From Candidatus Poribacteria bacterium (lineage in GTDB: Bacteria; Poribacteria; WGA-4E; PCPOR2b), in the NCBI GenBank assembly GCA_965218095.1, contig OZ244587.1:4032001-4096000 (forward strand): 64,000 nt of DNA, given 5' to 3'. The notes under the pieces were generated by a model. That model worked only from the letters and a program-made list of their open reading frames with translations. It was not told the origin of the DNA and ran no database searches. Shown here in pieces: positions 29,412 to 39,667 of this stretch (the first letter of the stretch is position 1; every line of letters starts with the position of its first letter). The translations under genes were made by a program, and so were the position numbers.

Positions 29412-31277
29412 ATGAAAACCCGAAAATTGACGATGGGTCAAGCTGTCGTCGAATTTCTCAAAAACCAGTATGTTGAACGCGATGGCGTCGAACATCAGTT
29501 TTTCGCGGGTATGTTCGGCATCTTTGGACACGGTAACGTTGCTGGAGTTGGTCAGGCGTTGCATCAATACGCGGACTCGTTCCGGTTCTATCAGACGCGC
29601 AATGAGCAGGCGATGGTGCATACCGCTGCGGCGTTTGCGAAGATGAGCAACCGCCTACGCACCTTTGCGTGTACCACTTCGATCGGGCCGGGGGCGACCA
29701 ACATGATTACCGCCGCTGCCGGTGCGACAATCAATCGGATACCGGTGCTGCTGCTGCCAGGTGACATTTTCTCGACACGCCTCGTTGCTCCGGTTTTGCA
29801 ACAACTTGAGTCGCCCAGTTCGCAGGATATTTCGGTGAACGATTGCTTCAAGCCGATTTCGCGCTACTGGGATCGGATCAACCGCCCTGAACAGATCATC
29901 ACCGCGCTGCCAGAGGCGATGCGCGTGTTGACCTCACCGGCGGAAACCGGCACCGTTACGTTGGCGTTGCCGCAGGACGTGCAAGCCGAAGCCTTTGATT
30001 ATCCGTCCGCGCTATTTGAGAAGCGTGTCCACACGATTCCACGCCCACGTGCCGACATGGATGTGCTGAAAAAAGCCGCTGAATGGATTCGTGCCAGCAA
30101 ACGACCGCTCATCATCGCAGGCGGCGGCGTCAAATACAGCGAGGCAACCGATCAACTTGCGCACTTCGCCGAGCAGACCGGCATCCCTGTCGCCGAAACA
30201 TTTGCAGGCAAAGGATCGCTGCGTTATGACCATCCACAATGCCTAGGCGGGATGGGGGTCTCCGGCACACTCAGCGCGAATATCATCGCTCACGATGCAG
30301 ACCTTGTCATTGTGGTCGGTTCCCGCTTGAGCGATTTCACAACCGCTTCAAAGACAGCGTTCCAGCATCCGGACGCCCGCTTCGTCAACATCAACGTCGC
30401 GGAGTTTGACGCCGCCAAGCACACGGCACTGCGGCTTGTCGCAGATGCACGCGTCACGCTTGAGGAACTTGGGGAAGCGGTGCAAGGCTATCATGTTGAT
30501 GGAGACTATAGCGCGCAGATCGTCAGGTTGCGTGAGGAATGGGCAACTGAAGTGGATCGAATCTATCACCTCGGTCACGGCCCAATTCCCAGCCAAGGGG
30601 AAGTTATCGGGTTGGTGAACGAGTTCTCCAACCCGGCGGATGTTCTTGTCTGTGCGGCAGGCAGTATGCCTGGCGACCTTCAGAAGCTCTGGCGAACCCG
30701 CGACCCCAAAGGGTATGACCTGGAATTTGGCTACTCGTGCATGGGCTACGAAGTCGCGGGTGGGTTGGGCGTCAAGATGGCAACCCCAAGCCGCGAAGTC
30801 TACGTGCTGGTCGGCGATGGCTCTTACCTGCTGATGGGACAGGAGATTATGACTTCGGTTCAGGAAGGGTATAAGCTCATTATCGTCCTGGTCAATAACT
30901 ACGGCCACAGCAGCATCGGCGGGCTGTCTGAGGCGACAGGCACCCAGACTTTTGGCACAAAATTCTGCTACCGCAATGACGTAACAGGACAACTTGATGG
31001 AGATGTGCTACCTGTCGATCTGTTTGCCAATGCTGCGAGTCTCGGTGCACACGTCATTGAGGCGGACTCGGTAACGAGTCTAAAGGCCGCACTCGGGGAG
31101 GCGAAGGAACAAGATCGCACGACGGTTATCAAGATTGATGTCGATTTCGATCAGCGCGTCCCCGGCTACGAGTCGTGGTGGGATATGCCCATTGCCCAGG
31201 TCTCTGAGGTAGATACCGTGCAGCAGACTTACAAAGAGTATGAGGTTGCAAAGCGGAAGGAGCGTTATTTTCTGTAG
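29412..31277 (+). CDS. iolD: 3D-(3,5/4)-trihydroxycyclohexane-1,2-dione acylhydrolase
   Basis: IFGHGNV, RNEQAM, TSIGPGATN, GYSCMGYE, VGDGSYL, YESWWD; ATG 29412 with AGGAG RBS. Confidence 0.96.
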   Translation: MKTRKLTMGQAVVEFLKNQYVERDGVEHQFFAGMFGIFGHGNVAGVGQALHQYADSFRFYQTRNEQAMVHTAAAFAKMSNRLRTFACTTSIGPGATNMITAAAGATINRIPVLLLPGDIFSTRLVAPVLQQLESPSSQDISVNDCFKPISRYWDRINRPEQIITALPEAMRVLTSPAETGTVTLALPQDVQAEAFDYPSALFEKRVHTIPRPRADMDVLKKAAEWIRASKRPLIIAGGGVKYSEATDQLAHFAEQTGIPVAETFAGKGSLRYDHPQCLGGMGVSGTLSANIIAHDADLVIVVGSRLSDFTTASKTAFQHPDARFVNINVAEFDAAKHTALRLVADARVTLEELGEAVQGYHVDGDYSAQIVRLREEWATEVDRIYHLGHGPIPSQGEVIGLVNEFSNPADVLVCAAGSMPGDLQKLWRTRDPKGYDLEFGYSCMGYEVAGGLGVKMATPSREVYVLVGDGSYLLMGQEIMTSVQEGYKLIIVLVNNYGHSSIGGLSEATGTQTFGTKFCYRNDVTGQLDGDVLPVDLFANAASLGAHVIEADSVTSLKAALGEAKEQDRTTVIKIDVDFDQRVPGYESWWDMPIAQVSEVDTVQQTYKEYEVAKRKERYFL

Positions 31278-31438
31278 GCTTTCGCCTGTGCAAAACCGAC
31301 TGAAAGACATAGACACAGTGGCGTGGTGCGTAAACCGTAAGACATAACCATAATTTGAAAGCTCACTCGCCTGGGAGTGAAACGCCCCCAGGGGAGACAA
31401 ATATTCTTCTCGGCAATACGCTAATGTTGCCTTTGGGT

Positions 31439-31789
31439 CTATGTCGGATCGAACGTTGGCACGGTGCGTGGTGTGTCATGGGCGGTGTCGCCATCTACAG
31501 CTTCATCTATCCTCTGGATAAGTTGACGGATTGAATTGGTAAATCGCTTTTGCTTTTCGCACATTTGCGCTGCAATGTTTAGCGCAACCATGATCGCGAC
31601 ATCAGACTTATCGTGTGCGCTTTTTCGACTTACTTCATGCAACCGTCGATCTACATAAGCGGCTAACTCGCGAATTTCATCTTCCGTCAAATTCTCAGTC
31701 GGTTTAACGAAATATTGCGAATTAAAGATATTGACCTTAATCGGCGAGGACGGTAGAGATGCTGAAGGAATAGAATTTGGAGTTTTCAT
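31439..31789 (-). CDS. zapA: Cell division protein ZapA
   Basis: IKVNIFNSQY...ELAAYVDRRL...AIMVALNIA. Confidence 0.8.
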   Translation of the reverse strand: MKTPNSIPSASLPSSPIKVNIFNSQYFVKPTENLTEDEIRELAAYVDRRLHEVSRKSAHDKSDVAIMVALNIAAQMCEKQKRFTNSIRQLIQRIDEAVDGDTAHDTPRTVPTFDPT

Positions 31790-31810
31790 AGTCACCTTGC
31801 GAGAATGATA

Positions 31811-32683
31811 TTAAAAGGTATTGTACGTCTGCTTCAATGCTTGTTGAAGTGCTTGCCGCATCGTCTCAACAGGCGGATGAAGGTGTGTCCATTCCTCAAA
31901 CGCAATTGCTCCCTGATGAACAAGCATGCCCAAACCACCGATTGTGTGACATCCCCTTTCAGCCGCAGCTTGCAGCAGACGGGTTTCCGGTGGTGTATAG
32001 ACAATATCGTAAACAATGGATTGTGGCGCTAACCACTCGGGGCGAATCAGCAGTGGATGCGAGACATCCATACTGGCAGATGCCGTATTGACGATTAACT
32101 GACTAGTGGCTACCGCGTCCGATAACCTGGGGTCATCAAGCCCCATCCCACAAATTGACACGCCTGTTTTCTCCGAAAGATTTGTGGCAAGCGTGACGGC
32201 CCTCGAAACGGTACGATTTGTGAGTACAATAGACCGCAAGCCAGCGAGTGCGAGAGCTACGACAATTGCACGCGCTGACCCGCCTGCCCCGATCACGACG
32301 GCTGAACCTCCTTGAGGTGCATCACACCCGGCTTCCTGCATCGCTCGTAAGAAGCCGGGCGCGTCTGTATTATCGCCCGAGATTTTTCCTTCCCGGATGA
32401 TTAGTGTGTTGACGGCACCAATCAACGCCGCCTCTCTCGAAATCTCATCAAGGAGCGGAAGCACGCTTTGTTTGTGCGGAATGGTCACGTTAATTCCGAC
32501 GACGTTGATTGCTTTGAACCCTTCGATGGCGGCGTGCAGATCATCAGACCGGACGTGAAAAGGCACATAAACATAGTCCATACCTGATGCCGCAAAAGCC
32601 GCATTGTGTATCTGTGGAGAGTGGCTGTGTTTGACCGGATCGCCGATAATTCCCACGATTTTAGTTTGACCCGTGATCTGCAT
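31811..32683 (-). CDS. aroE: Shikimate dehydrogenase
   Basis: GDPVKHSHSP, NVTIPHK, GAVNT, NTD, GAGG, GLGMLVHQ. Confidence 0.95.
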   Translation of the reverse strand: MQITGQTKIVGIIGDPVKHSHSPQIHNAAFAASGMDYVYVPFHVRSDDLHAAIEGFKAINVVGINVTIPHKQSVLPLLDEISREAALIGAVNTLIIREGKISGDNTDAPGFLRAMQEAGCDAPQGGSAVVIGAGGSARAIVVALALAGLRSIVLTNRTVSRAVTLATNLSEKTGVSICGMGLDDPRLSDAVATSQLIVNTASASMDVSHPLLIRPEWLAPQSIVYDIVYTPPETRLLQAAAERGCHTIGGLGMLVHQGAIAFEEWTHLHPPVETMRQALQQALKQTYNTF

Positions 32684-35600
32684 TGCGTAACAGCCCTTCG
32701 ACCTTCTTTCTGGCGGCTTCCATCTTCGGATAGCGCACCTCTCGATACCCACGAACCTCTTCAGGGGCTTCTAGCGCGAGAACGTGATTCGCATAACTCT
32801 TAGCATCATGTGGCGCGAAGGTACCAACCACTTCAGTAATATACCAATCTCGAAATGCTTTTTCGTTTATGTGCCACTGCGAAAGCCAACGTCTGAGGAA
32901 CTTCATCCGTTTCATCAAATTCAGTTGCCAGTTCATGGTATCAATATCCCACTGAAAGTCTTTGCCCATGATGGTGAAACGAGGACGGTTGAGGTGAACA
33001 TACTTGATCTTATCTCCATTCGATTCATCAATATTGTAGTGTTCTTTGTCACGCCTCAACTTCTCTTCGCTGGTCAACAGGTGAGCCACATAAACTTCGT
33101 CCTTGATAAGCATGACCTTATGCAGGTATTTAATGGCGGTTTTTGTCGCCCGGTAGCCCTGTTCAGGAAAGTCTTGAGCATGGGCCCCCTTAATCGTATT
33201 GATGTACAAGCGTGCATAATCCAAATTTTCGAATTGGATCAGGTCATATACGCGCAGCGCCAGCCCCCGGTTTGTTTCATCATCCAATCCTAGCATATCT
33301 ACAGTCTGTTGAACGAGCGCCTCATACCCGTGAGCCAGGGCTTCGCCGCGCCGCTTTCTGGCTAAGATTTCGCATTTTTCTCTGAGCAATGCTTTGTACG
33401 TCTGCCACCGTGGCACCGCTGAATAAGCGTCCGGATTGATAGCGAGCCATCTGCCGATTTCAAAAGCGCGTTGGTTAGACTCTAAGTCAGCAGGCCTCAC
33501 AGCCAGTTTCAATGCCGATTGAATCACCTCCAGCTCAAGCGGCAAAAGCCCACGCTGAAACGCAACACCGAGCAGCATCATATTGGCATAAAGCTTGTTT
33601 TTCAGGAGCCTCTCAGAAATCTCAAACAGGTCCACGCCGAAATATTCCTCTGCATTTGTGTAAGTCTGTAGCCATTTCTCCAGATCTTCAACTTCAAAAT
33701 GTTCTTTGCCGATGAGAGTGGTTATGGTATCCGTTCTCGCGGTGTTGACAACAGCCACCGTCTTGTCCGGCATAGCGATACGGAATGTCGCATTCGTATC
33801 GACGCCTCGCACCGCTTCCAAAAGATCCATCCCGATGAGCAGATCCGCTTTTCCGTAGGGGATGATTGGAGACAGCCCAGCCGCTGTCTTTGAGTAAGTC
33901 ATGTGGGTGTAGACCCCGCCGTTACGGATTGCCAAACCTTTCTTATCACAAAACTGCACATGATACCCTTGCGCCTGTCCTGCAAGCACTAGGACTCGGG
34001 AGATTGTACCAATCCCCATCCCCCCGACGCCTGCGGCATAAGCACTCCACGTCCGACTAAAATCGTATGACGGTGGCGGCGGCAGAGATTCAGCGCCACC
34101 AACTAGCATCATCTGCAAATCCGCTTCCTGGCGGGGCAGACGCTTACGGGTGATAATCACTTCCTCAAAAGAGGGACACGCCCACTTGATTCGCGCACAA
34201 GCCCCATCGGACACGCAGTTAGACTGATCAATGCCGATCTTCGGTCCGTAATCCGTTTCTGTAACTTTCAAGCCGGGACATCCCGTGGCTTTGGTGCATT
34301 CGAGACAAAATTCGCAGACTTCAGGGGTAATGTTGATATGTTTTTCAACCTTCAGAAAACCCTGTTCCTTGATTGTTTTCTGGTATTCACGTCGCAAACG
34401 CCGATGGTAGGTGATTCCGCACTCCTTATCCGCGATGATAATCTTGACGCCCGGCTTGAGGATAGTTTCTTCGACGAGCTTCTTGTACTCGACACGGTTT
34501 TCCGGATTTGTTCGGACGATAAAGAGATCCGAATCGCCTGCAAGCCCATCCACAACTTTTTCAATATCCTGGGCGAAAGTCGGATTGCCGAGGATGTCAT
34601 CTCCTGTCGAGGGCGTGGGTTGATGTCCTGTCATCGCAGTCGTCTGATTGTCCAAAATGACGTAAGTGAGATCTTGTCCATTTTTGATCGAGTCGGAAAT
34701 CGCTGACATGCCGCCATGGAAGAAGGTCGAATCCCCCATAAAAACGATCTGCTTATTTTTGATGAATGGATCAATCCCTGCCCCGGTCCCGCCGCCGAGC
34801 GCCATCGCTGAGAGGTTGTGCATGAGACGCGGATACGGTTCATACTTTAGCATGGAATAGCAGCCGATGTCCCCATGAAAGACCAGATCAACCGTCGGGG
34901 AGGCGTGGTATCTCTCCATGTACCTGGCATCCATGAACTGATCGGCAACCTCTTTGAAAACGCTCGCCGAGTCACGATGAGGACACCCCGGACAGAAAGT
35001 GGGCGTTCGCGCTGGAATTTGAACATGGTGAGAACTGACCTGTTCGATACGTTTTTCCTCACGCGAAAAGACATCCGGATCTATTTCGATACGCTTCGCT
35101 ACTCTACCCAAGCCACTCAATCCAGGGATTCTGATTTTCGCGGAGGACTTATGCCGAAGGAGCGGAATCAGTCGTTGGATCAGGATGGAGGGGTTGAGTC
35201 CGAGTGATTCAGGGATGCCGTCCAGGCCCATCGGGAATTCCTTCCCCCACACCGGCACATATCGATCGATTTCATCATTCTGGTAGAGTTGGCTCACGAT
35301 TGCCTTGACATCCTTCTCAAGCAGTGGACGCTTCTCTTCAATCACGTAGATCTCACGGACACGCCCGGCGAATTGACGCACAATTTCTTCATCAAGGGGG
35401 TGCGTCAAACCGAGTTTAAGGATCGGTATACGCCCCTGGAATTCCAGTTCATGAAGGGCATGTTCGAGATAGGAATAAGCCAGGCCAGAAGTGACAAACC
35501 CCATCTCGTGCTGCGACTCACTTAAATAGTAGATTTGATTCAGGTGATGTTCTCGTGCGATTTTGATAGCATTCGGAAAACGTCCTTCTAAAGTTTCGAG

Positions 35601-36269
35601 CTCCATCCGGGGCGTATCTGGCGGCAAAATGACGCGGTTTGAGCCATTGATCAGTTCCGTGTTGATCATCGTCTGATTTTTCGTGTTGATTTCGGGATAA
35701 CGGTTAGGATGAAGTCGGACATTTCCCCCGCCGTCCGCCTGATTGGTTGAGATTAGGTAGGTCGTATAAAGATTGGACCTCGCCGAGATTTCAAAAGCCG
35801 TACTCAGCCAGTCTTTGACTTCCTGGAATGTACTGGGTTCGACAACGGGCGTGTAAAGATGACGGGCTAAAAAACGCGAGTCCGCAGGCACTTGTGTAGT
35901 ACTCGACCAGGGATCATCTCCGACGACAACAACGGCGCCGCCCGTCGTCCCCGCCAGATTGCTGATTGCCAGTGCATCGGACGCCACATGCATCCCAACG
36001 TTCTTCATAAAAGCAACCCCACGGAGATTCGCCATCTGCGAGCCGTTGAGCCTCGCGACGCTAAGGGCTTCATTGTTTGCGATTTGCGCGAGGACCCCGT
36101 GTTCTTTGAAGATATCTGCATTGCTCCTAATCACCTCGAACACATCCGCAAGGGGGGAGCCGGGGTATCCTGTTAGCAAATTCGCTTGACCTTCAAGTGC
36201 GCCTTTAACTAACAGCTCGCAGCCTGTATAGACATTCATCCCACTTTCTTGTATCAACCTTTTATCCAT
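32661..36269 (-). CDS. Fused alpha/beta indolepyruvate (aromatic 2-oxoacid):ferredoxin oxidoreductase
   Basis: GYPGSP, FCPGCPH, GDIGC, TPP motif GDSTFFH, VCEFCLEC...GCP, GVGGMG, KDEVYVA. Confidence 0.9.
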   Translation of the reverse strand: MDKRLIQESGMNVYTGCELLVKGALEGQANLLTGYPGSPLADVFEVIRSNADIFKEHGVLAQIANNEALSVARLNGSQMANLRGVAFMKNVGMHVASDALAISNLAGTTGGAVVVVGDDPWSSTTQVPADSRFLARHLYTPVVEPSTFQEVKDWLSTAFEISARSNLYTTYLISTNQADGGGNVRLHPNRYPEINTKNQTMINTELINGSNRVILPPDTPRMELETLEGRFPNAIKIAREHHLNQIYYLSESQHEMGFVTSGLAYSYLEHALHELEFQGRIPILKLGLTHPLDEEIVRQFAGRVREIYVIEEKRPLLEKDVKAIVSQLYQNDEIDRYVPVWGKEFPMGLDGIPESLGLNPSILIQRLIPLLRHKSSAKIRIPGLSGLGRVAKRIEIDPDVFSREEKRIEQVSSHHVQIPARTPTFCPGCPHRDSASVFKEVADQFMDARYMERYHASPTVDLVFHGDIGCYSMLKYEPYPRLMHNLSAMALGGGTGAGIDPFIKNKQIVFMGDSTFFHGGMSAISDSIKNGQDLTYVILDNQTTAMTGHQPTPSTGDDILGNPTFAQDIEKVVDGLAGDSDLFIVRTNPENRVEYKKLVEETILKPGVKIIIADKECGITYHRRLRREYQKTIKEQGFLKVEKHINITPEVCEFCLECTKATGCPGLKVTETDYGPKIGIDQSNCVSDGACARIKWACPSFEEVIITRKRLPRQEADLQMMLVGGAESLPPPPSYDFSRTWSAYAAGVGGMGIGTISRVLVLAGQAQGYHVQFCDKKGLAIRNGGVYTHMTYSKTAAGLSPIIPYGKADLLIGMDLLEAVRGVDTNATFRIAMPDKTVAVVNTARTDTITTLIGKEHFEVEDLEKWLQTYTNAEEYFGVDLFEISERLLKNKLYANMMLLGVAFQRGLLPLELEVIQSALKLAVRPADLESNQRAFEIGRWLAINPDAYSAVPRWQTYKALLREKCEILARKRRGEALAHGYEALVQQTVDMLGLDDETNRGLALRVYDLIQFENLDYARLYINTIKGAHAQDFPEQGYRATKTAIKYLHKVMLIKDEVYVAHLLTSEEKLRRDKEHYNIDESNGDKIKYVHLNRPRFTIMGKDFQWDIDTMNWQLNLMKRMKFLRRWLSQWHINEKAFRDWYITEVVGTFAPHDAKSYANHVLALEAPEEVRGYREVRYPKMEAARKKVEGLLRNADHGSN

Positions 36270-36632
36270 GTTTGACCTTCCATTCTATAAGCTCATCCTA
36301 CTCACGGAACTCAAAAATGTGACGCCTTTTTCTTTAGTCGTATAATGTCGATAATGTATCCGCATAAAGCATGAATCAACAATCTTAGTCCTGGCTTGAG
36401 TTGCCGCCTATTGTTGATCCGTCCTGAATTCGGCAAGGAGGTCTTTTCGTTTGCCTCTATAACGCCAAAGCCAGTCAGAAAAATGTTTCCTTTTCGTCAA
36501 AAAAATGGTATTCTATCTCTGAGTTGAAGAAAAGGAAAGATATTCATTTTTTGGGTTAGTAGACTTGATAGCTCTGAGCTATAATTTTAGTTCAAGACAT
36601 TTCTCGCGCCAGCCGCAAATACAAGAACTCTT

Positions 36633-37295
36633 ATGAGGCTTCAAAGACACGGATTCTGGACAGATCGCGCCCTTTATCGTTGGGGCCATCGAATGGTTTG
36701 CTTTCTCATTGATGCGTTTGGGAAACTCAAATCTCATGGTAATGAAAATATTCCCCGACAAGGTGGCGTTCTCCTGTTGTCAAACCATGTCAGTTATCTA
36801 GATCCCTTTATCATTGCAGCCATTGGCATCCGTGATATCCATTTTATGACAAGACACAATGTGTTCCAGATTCCCGTCTTGAGTCGTCTACTAACTGCAC
36901 TCAATGCATATCCAGTGCGGCGTGGCAGCGCGGATCGCGCCGCGCTGAAACATACATTTTCCCTCTTGAAAGCGGGAAATGCCGTCCTAATCTTTCCCGA
37001 GGGTACGCGTAGCGTTGATGGCGACCTGGGCGAAGCCCGTGATGGTGTAAGTTTCATCATCCACAACTCGAATGTGCCTGCCATTCCTCTCTTTATCAAA
37101 GGGGCAGAACGAATGATGCCCCGCGATTCCAAATTCATCCATCCTGCCAAACTCTCCGTAACTGTTGGTCTTCCTATCGATTTCACCGAAGTTCAAAAAA
37201 TAGAAGACAAACGAGAACTGTACCGTTGTATGGGTGAGCAGATCATGCAGGCAATTGCAGACCTGCGGGACGCATCGTTGAAACGTGATACCTAA
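36633..37295 (+). CDS. plsC: 1-acyl-sn-glycerol-3-phosphate acyltransferase
   Basis: NHVSYLD, FPEGTRS. Confidence 0.88.
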   Translation: MRLQRHGFWTDRALYRWGHRMVCFLIDAFGKLKSHGNENIPRQGGVLLLSNHVSYLDPFIIAAIGIRDIHFMTRHNVFQIPVLSRLLTALNAYPVRRGSADRAALKHTFSLLKAGNAVLIFPEGTRSVDGDLGEARDGVSFIIHNSNVPAIPLFIKGAERMMPRDSKFIHPAKLSVTVGLPIDFTEVQKIEDKRELYRCMGEQIMQAIADLRDASLKRDT

Positions 37296-37565
37296 CGCGT
37301 CATGCGTGATACGCGATGGGTGCGGATTAAACAGACGACGCGGATTCAGAACCGATTGAACCTTCCGATAAAAATCGGCGATTCAGACCAGAGAAGATAG
37401 GGAGAAAGTGCATCTTGTTTTTCAACTTTAGAACATTTTAGACACTTTAGATTCGGCGGCACAATCCCGTCCCAACAAGATTCCGTTTTATCAAGAATTG
37501 TCCAAACTTTAGTATCTTATTAAGAGATACATATAAAACGTTTTCTTCATCATCGTAATCAAGAA

Positions 37566-37853
37566 TTAAAGTTGGACTTTATCCATCTCAAGAATCTTCA
37601 TCTCCACGCGGAAAAATTCCTTATTCTGAACAACCAAAGCCTTGAGCGATTTCGGGCTATCAAAAAAGAGCTTGATGACTTCATCGTATACCTTTCCCTC
37701 TACGCCATCTACAATGACCCGTCTTGTGAGATCTTGATCTGCCACACAAGCCAGACGCCTGAGATTTGGGATCACAACGAAATCCACACGATTTCCCTTC
37801 CATTTTCCCAAGGAAACTTCTCTGGTTCTCAATGATGGGAATTTTTGTTCCAT
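37566..37853 (-). CDS. Hypothetical protein or remnant
   Basis: 95-aa ORF with GGAG RBS following recN; no recognised motif. Confidence 0.4.
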   Translation of the reverse strand: MEQKFPSLRTREVSLGKWKGNRVDFVVIPNLRRLACVADQDLTRRVIVDGVEGKVYDEVIKLFFDSPKSLKALVVQNKEFFRVEMKILEMDKVQL

Positions 37854-37875
37854 AATTTAACTCCCTCTCAAAAGA

Positions 37876-39591
37876 TTAAGAGCCTGTCAACAATTCCCGA
37901 GCGTGGGCAAGCGTGGTTTCTGTCGTCTCACCGCCATGCATCCGAGCAATCTCCTCAACCCGTCCTTCCGGTGTCAGTTGCTTTGCCGTGATTATTGTTC
38001 GACCTCCTTCCACATGCTTGTCAACGCGAAAATGCCGATCCGCGAGGCGAGCAATCTGCGGAAGATGCGTGATGCAGATGACTTGACGAAAACGCGACAG
38101 TTCCTTCAATTTACCCCCAACAACATCCGCGGTGTGTCCACCAATGCCAACGTCGATCTCGTCATAAATCATCGTTGGGATGTTATCGATCCGGGCGAGC
38201 ACGGTTTTCAACGCCAGCATCGCACGAGAGATCTCGCCCCCAGACGCGATCTGTGCCAGGGGTTTTGGCTCTGATCCAACGTTAGGAGAGATGAGGAATT
38301 CGATTTCATCCATCCCATCAGACCTCAGTTCATAGCGTTTTCCATCGATCTGCAAGAGAGCATCAGGCGACTCAATGGGAGACACAAGGATTTGGAAAAT
38401 CGCTTTTTCCATGCCCAACGTCTGAAGTTCCTTCTCAATTAAAGATTCAAGCCGGGTTGCGGTTTCTCTACGCTTATTGGAGAGTTCAACCGCGAGCTTT
38501 TGGGCGTGCTGTGTCGCAACACGGATCTGATCTTTCAGATCTTCAATTCGCTCAGAACTAACTTGAAACTCCTGGAGCGTTTGCGATGCCTTTGCTTGAT
38601 AGTCCAAAATTTCAGAGATAGAATCTCCGTACTTCCGCTTGAGTCGATAGATGAGATCTAACCGTTCTTCGACTTCGGCAAGGCGACGCGGATTAAACTC
38701 AATAGTATCGCGATAATCACGGATCTGGTAAGTGATATCCTCTAATTCGTACAGGGCGGACTCTAAACGCTCGCTCAATTCTGACAAACTGCCATCCATC
38801 TGGCAGAGCTTTGAAATCGTGCTATCTGCCTTTTTCAGCCCGTCAAGTATCGAAAAATCCGATTGGATGCCGCCGTAGAGCTGGTCGTAGAGGTGGCTCG
38901 CTGATTCAAAGAGAGTTTCTGTGTTGCTGAGGACGTAACGTTCATTAACGAGTTCCTCTTCTTCCCCCGCTTGAAGCTGCGCTGCCTCCAGTTCTTCAAG
39001 TTGAAATTTCAAGAGCTCCCTCTCACGCATTGCGTCGCGCAATTTTTGGGAAAAATCAGCAAGGCGTCCCTGGGTGGCGTGGATCTCATCGTATTTTTTG
39101 TGGACTCGCGACTTGAGTGCTTCAAGCCCACCGAACGCATCAAGGAGATTTAGATGGGTCTTGGATCGAAAGAGGGATTGGTGCTCATACTGTCCGTGAA
39201 TATCAACCAGCGGATCGCCGATGGCGCTCAGGAACGTCAAGTTGACCATCTGTCCATTGATATGGCAACGACTACGCCCGCTTGTATTGATCCGCCGGGA
39301 TAAGAGCAACGTTTCTTCCGCATCCAAAACTTCACCCAAATCCGAATCGATAAAGGCACCCCACACAGGGTGCTCGGGAGGCGGTGCAACCGCAATCTGA
39401 ATTTTGGCGTTGCTTTCTCCATCTCTGACAATCCTGGAGGTACTGCGTTCGCCGAGTACAAGTCCCACGGCGTTTAAGATGACAGATTTGCCTGCACCCG
39501 TTTCGCCGGTGAGGACATTGAGGCCGGGAGAAAACGCCAATTGGAGCTCATCAATAAGCGCAATATTGCGGACATAAAGTTCTTCGATCAT
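37876..39591 (-). CDS. recN: DNA repair protein RecN
   Basis: TGETGAGKS, DIHGQ, ASGGE, DEID, CITHLPQIA. Confidence 0.97.
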   Translation of the reverse strand: MIEELYVRNIALIDELQLAFSPGLNVLTGETGAGKSVILNAVGLVLGERSTSRIVRDGESNAKIQIAVAPPPEHPVWGAFIDSDLGEVLDAEETLLLSRRINTSGRSRCHINGQMVNLTFLSAIGDPLVDIHGQYEHQSLFRSKTHLNLLDAFGGLEALKSRVHKKYDEIHATQGRLADFSQKLRDAMRERELLKFQLEELEAAQLQAGEEEELVNERYVLSNTETLFESASHLYDQLYGGIQSDFSILDGLKKADSTISKLCQMDGSLSELSERLESALYELEDITYQIRDYRDTIEFNPRRLAEVEERLDLIYRLKRKYGDSISEILDYQAKASQTLQEFQVSSERIEDLKDQIRVATQHAQKLAVELSNKRRETATRLESLIEKELQTLGMEKAIFQILVSPIESPDALLQIDGKRYELRSDGMDEIEFLISPNVGSEPKPLAQIASGGEISRAMLALKTVLARIDNIPTMIYDEIDVGIGGHTADVVGGKLKELSRFRQVICITHLPQIARLADRHFRVDKHVEGGRTIITAKQLTPEGRVEEIARMHGGETTETTLAHARELLTGS

Positions 39592-39667
39592 GGCGTTGAA
39601 TTAGGGAATCTGGGAATAGGCGAATAAGTAAATCAGCAAAAGGCGGCTTTGCACACCACATACCCTA

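Noticed and set aside
31278-31438. 6S RNA downstream of zapA
   Set aside because: Expected by synteny in many bacteria, but I see no long closing stem or 6S motif; an Infernal search is needed.
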